A DNA stretch of 64,000 nucleotides from Camelus dromedarius (Eukaryota): NCBI RefSeq assembly GCF_036321535.1, contig NC_087437.1:21268001-21332000 (forward strand). The letters run 5' to 3'. Within the stretch, counting starts at the first letter, position 1. Every line of letters begins with the position of its first letter. Positions 12,106 to 25,600 of the stretch are shown in pieces. Below the pieces are notes generated by a model, which did no database searches, had not been told where the DNA came from, and saw nothing but the letters and a program-made list of their open reading frames with translations. Both the position numbers and the translations under genes were made by a program.

Positions 12106-14274
12106 ACAGAGGACTCAAGACAACCAGCCACGTGCCCTCAGCGGTCGAGTCTGGCACTAGTTGGACTACCGGATGGAAAAGATTCAACTGTTGGTTGACT
12201 TTTGCTGATATTTAAAATTCAGCAGGTATGTTCTATTTCTAGCTCCAAGAAAATTATGGCTTATATCTCCAAGCTTTTTTTTCTGTTTTTAATACAAATG
12301 AACTCTTATTTTGAATCACTTCTGTGGATGGGAGGGAACAAATTACTGTGGAGTTCAGTCTGTCCCACTTTGGACACACAGGCCCTCAGCCTTAGACTGT
12401 CAGAGGGTCTCTTAGTAGGGTTTTTTGTACAAGATACTCTGTACCTCGAATGTGTGTCGTTTGTCTTGTAGCATAAGCCCTGTTGTCCTTTCTTAGTGGA
12501 AACCCCCCGTGCGTGCAGTGATGAGATACGGGAGGCTGGTCTGCCCTCTTTGCAAAATCCAAGTGTAATAGGACCACCTGTGAGGAGGACTTCCCAGGTT
12601 GTGTGTGGAGTCTGCCAAAAGAGGGGACGTTCAGGTGGAACTCGAGGTCAGTCATGGTAGAAGGAGAGGGAGAGGAATCGGTGTGAAATCCTGATGTGCA
12701 TCTGACTGCTGAGAAGCCTTCGGCCGGGGGCTGAGCCTTCAGAGCCAACTTGTAGGAGAGTTTCCAAGGGCTCCCCCTCCCTTTGGGCTGGCAGATTTTC
12801 CTGCCAGTGTTTCCTTCCTGGTGTCTGGAAACAGTGTGTAACTACGGTTTTGCTGCTATGTTGGAGGATTGTTTATCGCTCAGAGAGGGGCGGGGTAGGA
12901 AAGGAGCTGAAAGTCTCCTGGCCGCCTACAGCCTTGTGCAGCGGGTTTGTATGGAAGGCGGGGGTCACAGATATGTGAATTTGAAGTACCCAGTCCACGT
13001 GGAGTTTTTTCTTGCTTTAATAAAGTTGTCAGGTTGGAGTTTAAAGAAGGCTGAGCAGAGTTTTGTAGCTCCATCAGTTCCCGCATGGAAGGGCTGTGTT
13101 TTGAGCAGTGAGTCTTTGTGTGTGCCTCCTGAGGCCAGCCCACGGGGTAGCTGGTGCCGCAGAGGGAACCTGTTCCCAGGAGGGCTTCCTTCACGTTTGA
13201 GGTCACAGAGATCGGTCAGTGCTTTGCAAACAAACAGATTTCTTCACATCCGAGACTTGTCCTTCGAGTAAGTCCCTTGAGAACTTTTCAGGAATGGTTT
13301 TTGGATTTGCTTACAGGAGCGTGGGGCAGTATTTGACCACTGTTAGAAGTGGCAGGATTTGTCCATCGAGGATGGACTTGCTTTTTAGAAACAATCAGAA
13401 TTCACTAGGGAGTCAAGATGGCAAGGGCTGGTTGAAAAACATCGCCTAGATTGATAAGAGAATGTCTCCTAACCCACACTTAGATTACTTGTGTGGCCTG
13501 GGGATGACTCAGAAGGGCCTGAAGGATGAATTGGATTTGACTGGTAACCAACCAGCTAGTGACAGGCTAGCATTAGTTTTGGATTTGCTTGAAGACGAGG
13601 CCACTCTATCCACTCAGATAGGAGTCTGTCTGGAATTGGCAGAGTACACAGTCCTGCTGGTGGCAAAAGACCCTGGGAAAGCCAGGAGGCAGGGCTGCTG
13701 GCTCAGGTGAACTTGGGATGGTACCAAGCTCCCTGAGAACTCTGCTGCCACACACGCTTCCGGTGCCCCTTCTGTCCTGCAGGTCAGAGCCTCCAATCTC
13801 TAATGCTAGAGCCCAAGGGCAGTGAGGGCTGCCATGAAGTGGCAGGGTGGGTGCTGAATTTTTTTTGGCATTAGCCTCGTTCCTTGTGATCCTTCCCTCT
13901 GGGTGGCTGAGAATGGCTGGGGATGGTGTGAAAAGGGTGGACTTTCTGCAGAATTATGTGTGTCCTCAAATAAGGGCTCTCCTGGTGGGGAAGGGAATTG
14001 AGATGTGTTGAGGGACTGTATGGCAGGGTGGAGGGTGGTCAGTGGTGCCTGGGATGAAGGTGAGGGCCAGGGAGGAGGGACTGATGAGGTGTGGCAGGTG
14101 AAGAAGCTGACGGAGGTGACCACCGATTCAGTTAGCGCACTCCTTGCCAGCACCCCCTTTCTCTCAGCTGAACAGAAGGTCAGCTTCTGGAGGCCACCAG
14201 CTTGGAGGTAAAGGGAACCCACCTCATCAACAAAGACAACTCTGTAAAGTTGCTGGCAGTTAATGGGAATGAAT

Positions 14275-14400
14275 GGATTCATTCGTTAAAAAATATTTAT
14301 TGAGCGCCCAGTGTGTGGCAGGCACTGTGTGCTAGGACCTTGGGACACACTGGGGAGTGAAAACGACCCCTGCCCCGTGGCACCGACAGTAGACGGGCAA
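14275..14400 (-). mobile_element. L2 3' end fragment
   Basis: attcattc...atatttattgagcgcccagtgtgtggcaggcactgtg.gctagg. Confidence 0.65.
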
Positions 14401-16694
14401 CTACAGGAAGGCCGAAAGTGCTTCTCATGGGCTCTGTGCGTGGTGGCGTCCCCTCTGCTCTTCCAGGAGGTGATGGCCTCTGGCCGCCAGTGCCGAGGCC
14501 AGGGTAGGTAGGTCCGCATGCTGTGCTTCCCTCGGCCGCCCGCGCTCAGCAGGTCTGGGGAGCCTCTTTCTGAGGAGACATGTTGAAACTGACTTCCAAT
14601 GGCTTTAACTCTGAAGCCGCTCAGAAAGCTGGCAGTACCGTGTCTGCACACACAGTCCTCAGGACCCTTGCCTCTGAGACAAAGGATTGTAGAAGATTCT
14701 GTCAGATCCTTAACAGATAGCTCCAGTGGACAAGAGGGTTAGCCTGTGTAGCATGCAGAATTTTAAAAATCCCTATTAGTTGGAAAAGAACATTGTGATG
14801 CTGATAGTTGTGTTGCAAGTCTAAGAAACGTATTAGGGTTTAAAAGTAGTGCAAGGGCTCCTTGAAAACCTCACCAGTGGTAGTTTGACTGTCATCTGGA
14901 TCCCTCAGAGAAGCAGCTCTGTCCCAAAATCCATCTGAGGAAGTTTGTTAATGAGGCATTTTAAGTAAAGCGGTTCCCTAACAGACCCGAAGCATCAGCC
15001 ACATCCGGGGAGCCCAGCCTCTGTGACAGCTTTACTAGAAGAACCCCAGCTAGTGATTTTCTCCTGTGTTCAAACTGCAGGTGCACACAGCAGCCCCCGG
15101 CCCATTTCCCATTCTCACAGTCTGAATGGGTTTCCATGATGAGCCTTGTGATTAGGGGTGGCCCGGGCCGCACGGGAGCTGGTCACAGCCTGTCCTCTGG
15201 GCCGGGTGCAGGCACACCCAGTCCGAACTTCTAGAGGATGGCTTGGTACCATTTTCACTTCTCTCCATGTACTAAAGCGCCATCTTTTGTGTGTCTCATA
15301 ATCACTCTGAAATGAGTGGTCCTCTGAGGCAGCACACGACTGTCCCCCACCTGCCAGGAGGGTGCCTCTGTCCACTGCCTCTGTGCCTGCCTGCTGTGTT
15401 CGCAGGCCTGTCCAGGCAGCGGCCCTTCTCTGTTCTATCTAGACCTGATCATTTGTGCTGTTTTGTGATGCCGGATTAGCAAGTCTGTGCAGTGTGTATT
15501 TTTTTCTAAGCTGTGATTGTCAGGGCCTAGAGCCCAGAAGCCTGGGCCTTTGGTCTCCTCCCCTCTGACCTAGTGCCACCTGTGACATCCAGCTGTCCCT
15601 GCACTCGTCATTTACCAGGCTGACTTCTGGCCGTATTCACTTTGCCCCTGTTCCTGAGGGATTTTGCTCAGAAGTCAACATTTCTGCACAGGAATTCATA
15701 GTTTACCCTGAAATGCCTGTGACGCAGGGAGTGCAGAGGTGAGGCTGTCGTTCTGTAAGGATGGAGACTAGTCCAGCCTAGGACCCTCTGACTTTTTAGT
15801 GGAGCCACACTAGAAATTCAGGTGCTCCAGACCTGCTGGCCCATGAATTCCAGCATTGCAGTGCGCTATGGGAAAGTATGTGTATTTTTATCAGCACCTG
15901 ATCTGCCACCACTGTGTTGAACTTCAGAGCAGTACCTGAAAACAGTGCTGCTGCTGGGATGCAAATGCTTTTGCTTTTAAGTGGGTCTTCTCCAGCAAGG
16001 CTGCTCTGTGTGAGTGGGGGTGTTCGTGGTCTCTGCCTGCCCTTACTCACTCCTGCCAGGCCTGGTCACCCACCGCCCCTGGAGTTCCACACCTCAGTCC
16101 ACACGGTCCCGGTGGGGTGCCACACAGACCTGTTTCCCAGACCAAGCTCATCTGCGTGCCCTTCCCAGCCACACGGGTTGGACCAGGCCGGTCCACAGAG
16201 AGTGAACCCCAGGCCAGGAGAAGCACTGACCCCTGGGCTAGAGGACCGGAGGGCAGCGAGTAATCCCACAGCTGTGGGGGACCCATGCTATCACCAACCT
16301 GGGAGAGCTTGTCTGAGAAGGAAACCCATAGGGTCGAGAGGTGGGCAGGGAGGCCAACACAGGAGACTGGTGGGCACAGTCGTGCCACCTTCAGACACTG
16401 CCTATTGGGGACCCCATTTTCGAAAAGACATGGCCCTCCCTGGGAGAGACTGGGGGAGGAGGAAAGGGCTCTGTCTAGGCCTTAGTCTTTCTTTGCTGTG
16501 CAACTATCCCAACTAAAATTGCACAGACCTCAAAACTGGACCCCAAACTCACCTTCCCCTGGCTTCCCACAACTAACTGTGCCAAATGACAGACAGCCTG
16601 TTTGACCTGGATTTCTTTGTAAAAAACTAAGCCTTACACTTACCAGATTTGAAAAGACTCCCAGGAGGGGACCGGGGCGATTCTGATTTATCCT

Positions 16695-16875
16695 TAAGAG
16701 CACAACTTGGAGTTAGGCTGCTTGCCTTCTGTCCTTTCTGTGCCCCTTGCTCGAGCTGTGTGATCTTGGACAATAATAACCTCTCTGTTTTTCAGTTTTT
16801 GTGTGTAAAGTACGGCTAAGTGCTTTGAATAGTGCCTGGCAATTAGTGCGAGCTGTCTTAGCTACCTATTACTAC
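16695..16875 (+). mobile_element. MIR fragment
   Basis: agctgtgtgatcttggacaa...aacctctctg...cagtttt...tgtaaa core. Confidence 0.6.
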
Positions 16876-18626
16876 TGTTTCAGAAGACTCATCATTTAGG
16901 AACAAGTGATTCCTCTCTCCCCTCCTGTGCATCTGCCCTGGCTCCAGGAGTCCCTGGCCTGGGTTCATCCCTACACTCACCACCGTGGGCATCTGTCTGG
17001 AGCCAGTGCACCCGCTTTTCATTTTCAGCCTGGGAGACTCACAGGGTTTGTAGCAGTTCCCTGGGGTAGCAGAGAAGCATCTTGCCCTGTCAAATACTAG
17101 TCACTGGTCACTAGTCAACATACAAATGACTAAAAGTTCTGCCCTAAAAGAGGTGCCTCCCTGGCCTGTGAAGACATCTGTGAGTGCAGAGGATAGGAAA
17201 ACGGGCTTGAGCCTGGCCCGGGAGGCCTTCTTCAGTGGCCTTCCAAGTGCATGTTCTTGGGCTGGGTTCACCTTTTAAACCAGGCATTTCAAACATGACT
17301 GTCTTTGAATGTAAGGTTGGGGGGAGTGTTTGACATGCCCTTCAGAACTCAGGCCTGGACCAGTGGCCTGAGCCTCGTGTTGGTCCCTCTGGCATTTAAT
17401 CCTTTCCTTCCCTGGATACAGAGGTTGGGTGGTGGGTGCTCTCTGGCTGGAACTCTCTCTTTGCAAGTGATCTGGTTTCTTCATGACCTTGGGATGGTCA
17501 CTCACCTTCTCTGTTGCTCAGGCTCCTCCTGGGGAGATGCTACTGATAAATTCCCATGAAAGCAGCTGGAGGTGTCGTGGACTTCTTGATGTAGTGCCTA
17601 CTCATCTGTCTTTGCATAATAAGCTCAATCCCTCCCATGCTTGCTGGCTTCTCTGGGCAAGTGTTCTCTTGTTAACAGCTGCCCACACTCAAGAATGGAA
17701 AAATCAGTGGCTGCGGATTAGAGCATGTGTGTCAGTGGCAGCAGTGGGAAGACAGAACTAGCTGGTCCTCGCCTTGGGGTGGGGTGCGGGATGAAGCCGC
17801 TGTTTCTGAATTTGAAACACGGACCATACTGATTTGGTACTTAGTTATCAAAGATGTGTAGCCTTCATCTCTCCGTGGTCTCTTCCTGGCTCATAGACAG
17901 TGAACCCCCAACCTTCCTATTGGGGAGAGAAGGGGTGCGGCTGCAGGGCCGGGGCTGGTTGGAGACGCAGTCAGGTGGGTACTAGGAGGGCTTGCCCGGA
18001 CGTGGTGACTGAGGTCTGGGCCCCTAGGCTTCCTCCCCAGGAGGCCATGTTGTTCTCCTTGCATCAGCTGATTTCTACCCCGAGTCACTTCCTAAGCCAG
18101 ACAGGTGTCTCTCTCTTTTCTCCATCTCCCTTGCCTCTCTTGACTCAATCCAGCACAACATAGGGTGATGAAGGGCCAGGCTTTCCAGCCGACCCAGGCT
18201 TTGGCCAGACCATCCATGCTGAAGGTGAGAGCGACATTTGTTTATTCAAACAAAAAGGTCAACATAAAGACTGAGTAATGCACTTACTCATTCATTCATT
18301 TATTCATTCAGTAAAGCTGAGAACCAGTCATTCCGTGCCAGCTACTGTACCAGGCCCTGAATTTACAAAGATGAAAGTCCATATATAACAAGTTCCTGAT
18401 TGTAGGTTACTTTCAGAGAATTTCTGATTTCTGAGAAACAGGTTTTCACTGGGTCCCCTCACACTCACAGTGAAGCTTGAGGATTCCTGAGTGGGGTGGG
18501 CGCCGGCCCTGCGCTGCAGTGACCTCCCTCCCTCCCTCCCTCCTTGTCCGTGTGAGTGAGTGTCCCAGCCATGGCGGTCCCAGATATCCCCAGCCACCCA
18601 CAGTGTCTGTGCCTCTAGGCATGTGC

Positions 18627-18628
<2 letters not shown>

Positions 18629-18662
<34 letters not shown>
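18629..18662 (+). repeat. (CA)17 microsatellite
   Basis: Direct reading of sequence. Confidence 0.95.
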
Positions 18663-18665
<3 letters not shown>

Positions 18666-18878
18666 TTGTCCAGGGGAGGAAGACAAATCAAGGTGTGCAA
18701 AGTACACTCCCTACTTTCCCTGCTGACAGCGTCACCACTTAAACACTTGCTGAGAAAGGTAACAGACTGGCAGCTGCACAGTGCGCTCTAATACTGCTTG
18801 TTGAACATGACAAAAGCCTACAGAAAAATTGGAATCTTGTTGTAGGATTATGCATGGGAATTCTTTTATGGGATCTGG

Positions 18879-18880
<2 letters not shown>

Positions 18881-18908
<28 letters not shown>
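18881..18908 (+). repeat. (TG)14 microsatellite
   Basis: Direct reading of sequence. Confidence 0.95.
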
Positions 18909-18911
<3 letters not shown>

Positions 18912-19768
18912 GTAAAGAAATGGCAACTAAAATTTCTCAAATGGCAGCTCATCCAGCATCATCAAAGGAGTAGATTGTGTTACTGGCTTGTCTCGTCAGG
19001 TCGTTAACTGTCCCCAGCAGGACTTTCACTCATGCAGGGACTCCCAGCGCAGCATTTGGTATTTGTTAAGTGTTTGTTACAAACACAAGCCCAGACAGAC
19101 CACACCAGCACCAGGCGGGAGGCTGCGCGCCTGCTCTCCAGCTGCAGCCCGATGCTCCCTCGGCACCTGGAGCCAGAAGCAGCGCCTCCAAGGCCCACAG
19201 AGCTAATGATGTGTGGGTGTTTTTCATTTCTGTGCTTGTTCTGCTCATGGTATTCCTCCCCAAACTTTTTTCTCCCATCTGCTCTTTGTCTCATTTGTCA
19301 TGATGACTGGGAGTGGTCCCAGCCTGCCCTAGCAGGCACCGACCTCCCAGGCCTAACCCTGGCCTTGCCGCTTGCTCAAGCTTTTGCCCTCCAGGCTCTG
19401 AGAAGCCTTTCAAAGGGGTTCAGGGTGGGTAGGACAAGGGAAGGGGTGGGGAACTCCGCCTGCGCATTTCCTTGGCCAGGCCTGTCTTTAACCCACACAA
19501 TCCATGTGTAGGCAAGTTTCCTGGCGCAGGCCCAACAGAGAGGTACCAGCTGCGCTGATACCGATCCTTAACCAAGAGGTTTTAGAAATGTCTTTGGAGA
19601 ACCCGGCTCTGGAAGCCCTGGAGCAGGTGCTGTCCGTTCACAGGCGCTGTCTGTCTTTGAAGACAGACTCCTCCCCCGCCAAAGCGCTCCATCCAGGAAT
19701 CCAGGTGAGGAGGCCAGAGCCCGGGACTTTGAAGCTGCCTGCCTGCCTGCTGTGCCCTGCTGCCCGGG

Positions 19769-19800
19769 GCTGAGTCAGCACCACGCCCTGACCGCCCGCC
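19769..19800. promoter_or_regulatory. Candidate intergenic enhancer motif cluster: MARE/ARE (AP-1 core) plus KLF/SP boxes
   Basis: GCTGAGTCAGCA 19769-19780 directly followed by CCACGCCC 19781-19788 and CCGCCC 19792-19797. Confidence 0.4.
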
Positions 19801-22220
19801 CGCTGCCTGCCCCAGGTGGGAGGACGTGGGGGACGCTAACCCCCCATGACCTGCAGTTTGATGGTCGATATCTTACGTGCCTTTAATCTGACATGTGACA
19901 GTGTCCACTCTTCTGGTTTTTGTTCTTAAAAATAACTTCCGCAAGTATTTTTTTGAAATAAAAACCTATCATTCTTGTTCCCATCTTTAATTGTTAATAG
20001 TGATTTATAAACTAATTTTTGATAAAACTTGTGGAGACGGTTCATCTTTTAGGTGACTGCAGGATGCGGGAAGCCCTCCACGCAGAGGAGCCCAGCACAG
20101 TTCCAGTGACAAAATGGCCTGGTCTGCATGGCACGGACCCACCACACAGCTCCTGGACCTTCTAAAAACACCATCTGCAAAAAGCACTTTTTGTTGTATT
20201 CAGATGGAAGATCCTATAATACACACCTTTGTTAACTGGAGGCTCAAAAATCAAGTCTTTACTAGCAAAAAAGGGACCTGAAAATAATTCCTGTGGAGAT
20301 GGTACCTTGCAGGGCCATCATTTTGGGGCTTTAGTGCTCTCTCTTCTCAGGATTTCTAATTGAGTTCTAGCTTTTGGGGGGCCACAGCCAAGTGCTCAGG
20401 CATGAGGACAAATCTGACCTCAGTGTGGCAGGCAGCATAGTCCCCGAGGCCCTTGAGCAAGGCAGGAGACCGGCAAGAAGGAAGGAGGTGGCGCGGGCGC
20501 TGTGCCCCAGTGGCAAGAATACCAGGAAGTGGTTTGCATGGAAGTGAAAGAGGTTATGACAAAGTGTGTTTTGCATTAACGGGTACTGGTCTCACCCACC
20601 CTGATACAAGCAGGCCTGCCTTTACCACAGAGCATCTTATACTCTGCAATTTCCCGAAAGCAAGTTTCAGCAAGAAGCTGGAAAGGCCTCTCAGGAAGAA
20701 AGCTGAGCTGGCAGTGAGCGGCGGCCCCGGGCCCTTGGCAGGTGTCCCCAGGGAGAACACACGGGGCCCTCTTCCCGGGCAGGAGTGCAGGGAAGCTTGG
20801 AGGTGTCTTCGGGCGTAAGCAGCAGCAAGAGCCAGCGCTCACACAGGGAAGACAGAGATGGAAGCAGCCTGGGACTACAGAAGCAGTTCGTCCGTCCAAA
20901 GGTATGGGCCAAAAGTAGCTTCTGGGAGTAGGAACCGAAAAAGGCAAGTGGGTTGTCAGATGAGCTGTCTTCCCAAGACGACGCTCTTGTTTGAGGCTGG
21001 CTTCTCTCTGATGCTCTGTGACCTCAGCAGAGCCCAGCTCAGCAGGCAGCTGGGCGCTGAAGTAAACAACTCCATGGGCTCTGTGGACATCCTCCCTGGT
21101 CAGCAGTGTGGCCAGTGGCCATGCTGACTGCCACCAACGACACCCTCAACAGTCATTCACAATATCCCCCTGTGGCCACAAGCAAAAGCATTTTCTCATG
21201 GCCAATAAATGATCTGGTGGCTACTCACGTGGGTCCTTGGATACATTGACAAATGGCCCTAGGAAGTACCAAGTAAGGATGCTGGTGTGCAATGTCCGGT
21301 GTGGTAGAGGGGAGCCAGAGCCCTCCCCCTCACCCCAGGGCCCCCTGGAGTGCTGAGCCCGAGCGGGTGTCATGCCCTCTCCACACCACCATCCTTACTT
21401 GGTCTCCTGGATTCAAGTGAGAGCCTTCAAGGGACGATGCCTTTCTTCCCTAACACTAACATTCAAGTGAGTGCCTCCTTAACCATTTCCTAGTGCCTCC
21501 TTAAGCCACAGCCCTGTTCTGTGATCCCCCAATTGCTTCCGACTGCCCAGGTGCCCACCCTGCGCCCAGCTCAGGCTGTGGTATCAGGCAGCGTTATTAA
21601 GGGCCCTGCTTCTCCCCGAGGCAGGCAGACTGCTTGAGCAGGAGGTGCCAGGGCTGCTGCGGTTGCGGAGGCCAGGCGACTTCCACCTGAAGCCTGGGAG
21701 CGGTGCTCGTTCTCCCGATGCTGGCCTGGTTAAAGGGAAGATCAGGAAGCATTTTCCCTAAACTAATGTATTCAGGTCATTTGTTTCTGGGGCTATAAAG
21801 ACATTATTCTTCTTTATGCAATTATGTTCTGTAGTGACCTTGTAAGGAGGTAAAGTCAAAGGTCCCTAATACAGGAAGCCTTTTAAGTACCTGATCTATT
21901 TCCATCCCAGGTGGGACAGGTGGTGTGCGTGAACTGGCGTGCCCAGGGAATACGCCCTGTGAGTGTGAGGAAACGGCCAGTGCAGGCAGCTGAGCCCTGA
22001 CACAGCTGTGGGAGGAGTCGGCCAATCCCCATGAGGCAGCCCCTTGGGCACCCTGAGCTGGGGAAGGAGGCCAGGCTTTTGTACTCCCTAACCGGCTGCG
22101 TGTGGTGTGACTTTGGGTGAGGGCGATTCCTCGGGGAGGAGGCTGGGCATGCACCGCAGTAGCCACTAACCACCCCCTCCATCAGCCCGCTAATAATGAG
22201 ACCACTGTTGTTTTAAATTA

Positions 22221-22226
22221 TTTATT
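22221..22226 (-). terminator. Candidate distal TFDP2 polyadenylation signal
   Basis: AATAAA on - followed by G/T-rich sequence; marks the edge of the AT-rich block. Confidence 0.45.
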
Positions 22227-22389
22227 TTTTCTATAGTACATCTCATTCAAATCACAGAACAATCTGGTAACATTTTTTTCCTCGGGCACTTACACTCATT
22301 TCAAATGTTTATTCTTTCATCCCTTTTAATCTTACAGGATGGACAGAGATACTCACTTTTTAATGGACAAAAAAAATCACTCAGAGTTT

Positions 22390-22530
22390 ATTAAAAATAC
22401 AGCTTCCCAGGCCCGACCCGCAGAGATTTTGAGTGAGCTTCTGGGGTGGGCCTCAGGGATGCAAGATTTAAAAACTAACCCCCATCAATTCTGCTGCGGG
22501 TGGTCCTTGAACCATCCTCATAGGAACACA
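22390..22530. mobile_element. Degenerate MER5-like element near the TFDP2 3' end
   Basis: cccaggccc.accc.cagagatt.tga...ctggggtgggcc.caggga..attctg.tgc.ggtggtcc. Confidence 0.55.
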
Positions 22531-22637
22531 AGTGAGGACTTGTCCTTTACCTACTGGAAGCAATTTCAGAAAATCCAGGAATAATTAAGTATACAGAAAT
22601 AGCTCTTCTATAAAATTTCCATATAAAAATAATGGTA

Positions 22638-22643
22638 TTTATT
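22638..22643 (-). terminator. Candidate TFDP2 polyadenylation signal
   Basis: tttatt on + (AATAAA on -) in an AT-rich UTR-like block ~5.7 kb past the stop. Confidence 0.45.
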
Positions 22644-25600
22644 TACAAAGTTTGAGATGCTACAAAATAATACATCATTTAGGTTAGGTACTTCAATCTA
22701 ATAAAGTCTACATTAGGCAGGTCAGATGTGGTGTTTGCATTTCCCCCTTATTTCTCTTGTTTAAACTGCTTAAAGCATGTGGCACCATGATGTTTCCTTC
22801 ATGCAGAAAAAAGCAGAACTACATTTTCTGGAAATAAAACCTAATAGCATATGGTCAGAGTACGGCATCGCCAAAGGAAAAGGTGAGCTAACTGGGGATC
22901 TGGGCTCACGACCTTTCCTTTTCGTCTAACAGTCAGGGTGGCGATGGCAAACAAGCCGCCTGGAGGAACGTGCAGTACTGAACCGCTCCTCCGGGCTGGG
23001 CACGGCCAGCGGTTCCCTTTTTCAGGACGCTGAACGGTTGGGCCCGCCGTGGTGCGACCCGGGAACACAACCGTGAGGTGCTCGGGGCAGCCTTTTAGAA
23101 AAGCCTGCATCCCCAGGGACTTAGCGTGAGGCCCACCTCTGACTCCGGTCACGAACAGCAGAACCATCAGGCCACTTGTTACTAGGTGGTGCCTGGCATG
23201 TCAAAGATGACACACGGTAAGTGACAAAACGGGGAGTCTGAAGTGATAAACCGCTGGGTTTTAAAACCCAAACATGATCTGAGGACGTTTCCTTGTTATG
23301 CTGAGACAGACACCAAGCTCACGTGGTACAGAAGGGTCAGTCGGTAACTTAACCTCTCAAGTCCCCTCCGATGTGCAGGCTGGTCCTGCCCAGGAACAGG
23401 TCTCTTCCCAGGTGTGACCGTCTAAGCCTGGGCCGTCCAAGTGGAGAGACCCAGAGCTGACACCACAGCCTGACGCTGCAATTGTGAGCAAAGTCCCCCC
23501 CTGCCCCCCAGCTGCTCAGCACTTGCTGTGACAGGGGCTGATGCCAACACCAAAGCCCTCTGGAAGGATGGTGGTGAGAGCACACTTGGTAGGGGGCAGT
23601 GCAGCCCCCACAGGAGGAAGAGATTCTGGATGTGGTGCAGACTCTGCCAGACAGGCCGACGGACGTCCGGCAAGTCAAGCTCTGGGCTTGTTTCATGTCA
23701 GCGGGTGGAAGAGAGGTTCTCCCCCGGCTCGAGGCCCCTGGTGGAGCAGGGGCGAGTCCTGCCCTTCCGTTTCAGCTACACTGGCTTCTAAGGCAGCTAT
23801 AAGCAGGGAGGACCAAAGTCCAGTCTGCTGGAACAGCAAGGGGTCAGGATAGCATGGAATTCATGGACCTTAGTGTAAAGCAAAGGCCAGGTAAGACCAC
23901 AAGGTTTTGTCTGAAAGAACAGCTGCACACAAGTGAATATGCTTTCTCCCGTCTCGGCACACGGTGAACACACGTCCGCGGCCACCTCGCGCCTGCGCTC
24001 GCCAGGGACTCGCAGGCCGTAACTGGAGGGGCAGAGTTCGTGGCCCTGCCTTCTCTTTCTTAGCACAGTGTGTGTTAGATGTATGCGGGAAAACTGGGTC
24101 CCGAAGCTTATCTAAGTGTAAATTTCAGAGCTATCTTGACTAATTCCTGAGAAATGTCATTTATGTGGGCATGTAGCTTGGATTTTTTAGAAAAAGGTAA
24201 AACATCAGACTCTTTCCTTTTGGGTAACAGTGTTTGGCTTGAGTGGAAGTTTAACAAATGATGAACTGAGAATTAGACAGCAGGGAGGCAACGTTTCTGA
24301 GGGTCAAAGGCATGGTGCAGGCCCCTGGCACACACACCGTGGGGCTTGATAAACACACCAGTGACCGTCAGTGCTGGGGGACCACTGCCTTGGGGGCCTG
24401 AAAATGGGGAACCTATTTGGGAAAATGGTCCTTAGATAGTCCTGAGTGCCACTAAAGCCAGTCCAAATGCAGAATAAAAGGTTCTCTTTTGTGTATCTAA
24501 TATAAAAAGTAGATCTTTATGTATCTAACAACTTGTAAAACTAGAAGAAAACACCTAGAAAAGTTCTCAATTTTAGTCACTTTTCTGTTGTGTAGGTTCA
24601 GCTGGAAGGTGACAAAGCCAATGACGAGAACTTCATAGGGAGGCTGTTCTCTTGGTTTGTGGATACTGCTGGTAGCTAGGTTTGGTTTTCTTTTAAATCT
24701 TAAAAATTCCAAAACAGACTCCAAAATGTATTCTTAAAGCTGGAACGGTGGGGCCTTTGGAATTCGGTAGTGACTCCAAGTGCATGTCATGGGACAGGGT
24801 GGCGTGGCAGAGGGGTCCTTCACCTGCCTGACAAATGTCACTTTCTCAGGAGGCTTTCCATGGACACCCCCAGCCATAGGAGCCTTCCCCCACTGTCCCA
24901 TGGCCCTGTCATTTTTTCTCAGCACTAATCAATCTGAATGTTTTCTGTTCTGTATTCCCTCAAACACTTACTGAAAGATTCAATCTCTACATTCAGTGTC
25001 CAACTCCCACCTGAATGGAGCACTTCACAGCAGTCTTGCATCCACCTCCCAGACACGCCCGAGGGGAGAGAGCCAGACAGGCCTTCAATCACTGACACAG
25101 CCAAACAGGCTTCTCCCTGAGTGTGGTCACAGCATAAGCAGCTGAGGCAGTTCCCTTCCTGGGCTAACCCTGCCCCCACGGACACCCACCCCGACCAGGG
25201 CCTAAGTTTCATCCAAACTTTGCTGTCTCTACAACCCAAGTAGCCAAGGAGGGGCTGTGATTGAGCAAACAGCCAGGTTTTTGCTGTCTGCACAGCTGAA
25301 CAGGGCCATCCGTGGTGGAAGCGCTCCATCTGAATTGCCTGCAGGGGCTCGCCTGTGTTTGGGGCTCACCCGGCATCATCTCACGTATGGCGAGTGTGGT
25401 TACAACTATGAGGAGTTACCCTCTTTACCTGGTAAAATGGCAGAAGCCGTGTATAGTTTTCTTCCCACTGCTTCTGTAAGACATTTAATTGAAGGGAACA
25501 AACCCAGTGCCATCACTGGTGAAGTTCTGCGGGGGGAGTGATGGGCATTACCGAGCGGTGAGGAGTCACTGTTAGCACCTCCTTTCCTGGCCCCTCCCCA

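Noticed and set aside
15914..16516. Longest ORF in the track (200 aa) and the many overlapping ORFs in 12-27 kb
   Set aside because: No recognisable domain; Pro/Gly/Arg/Leu-rich composition expected from GC-rich non-coding DNA; ORFs overlap in several frames; many use non-ATG starts; no splice-consistent exon chain
23235..23255. GATA/TAL1 composite erythroid element (isolated WGATAA sites here and elsewhere)
   Set aside because: Single 6-mers occur by chance at this frequency and the E-box spacing did not fit convincingly
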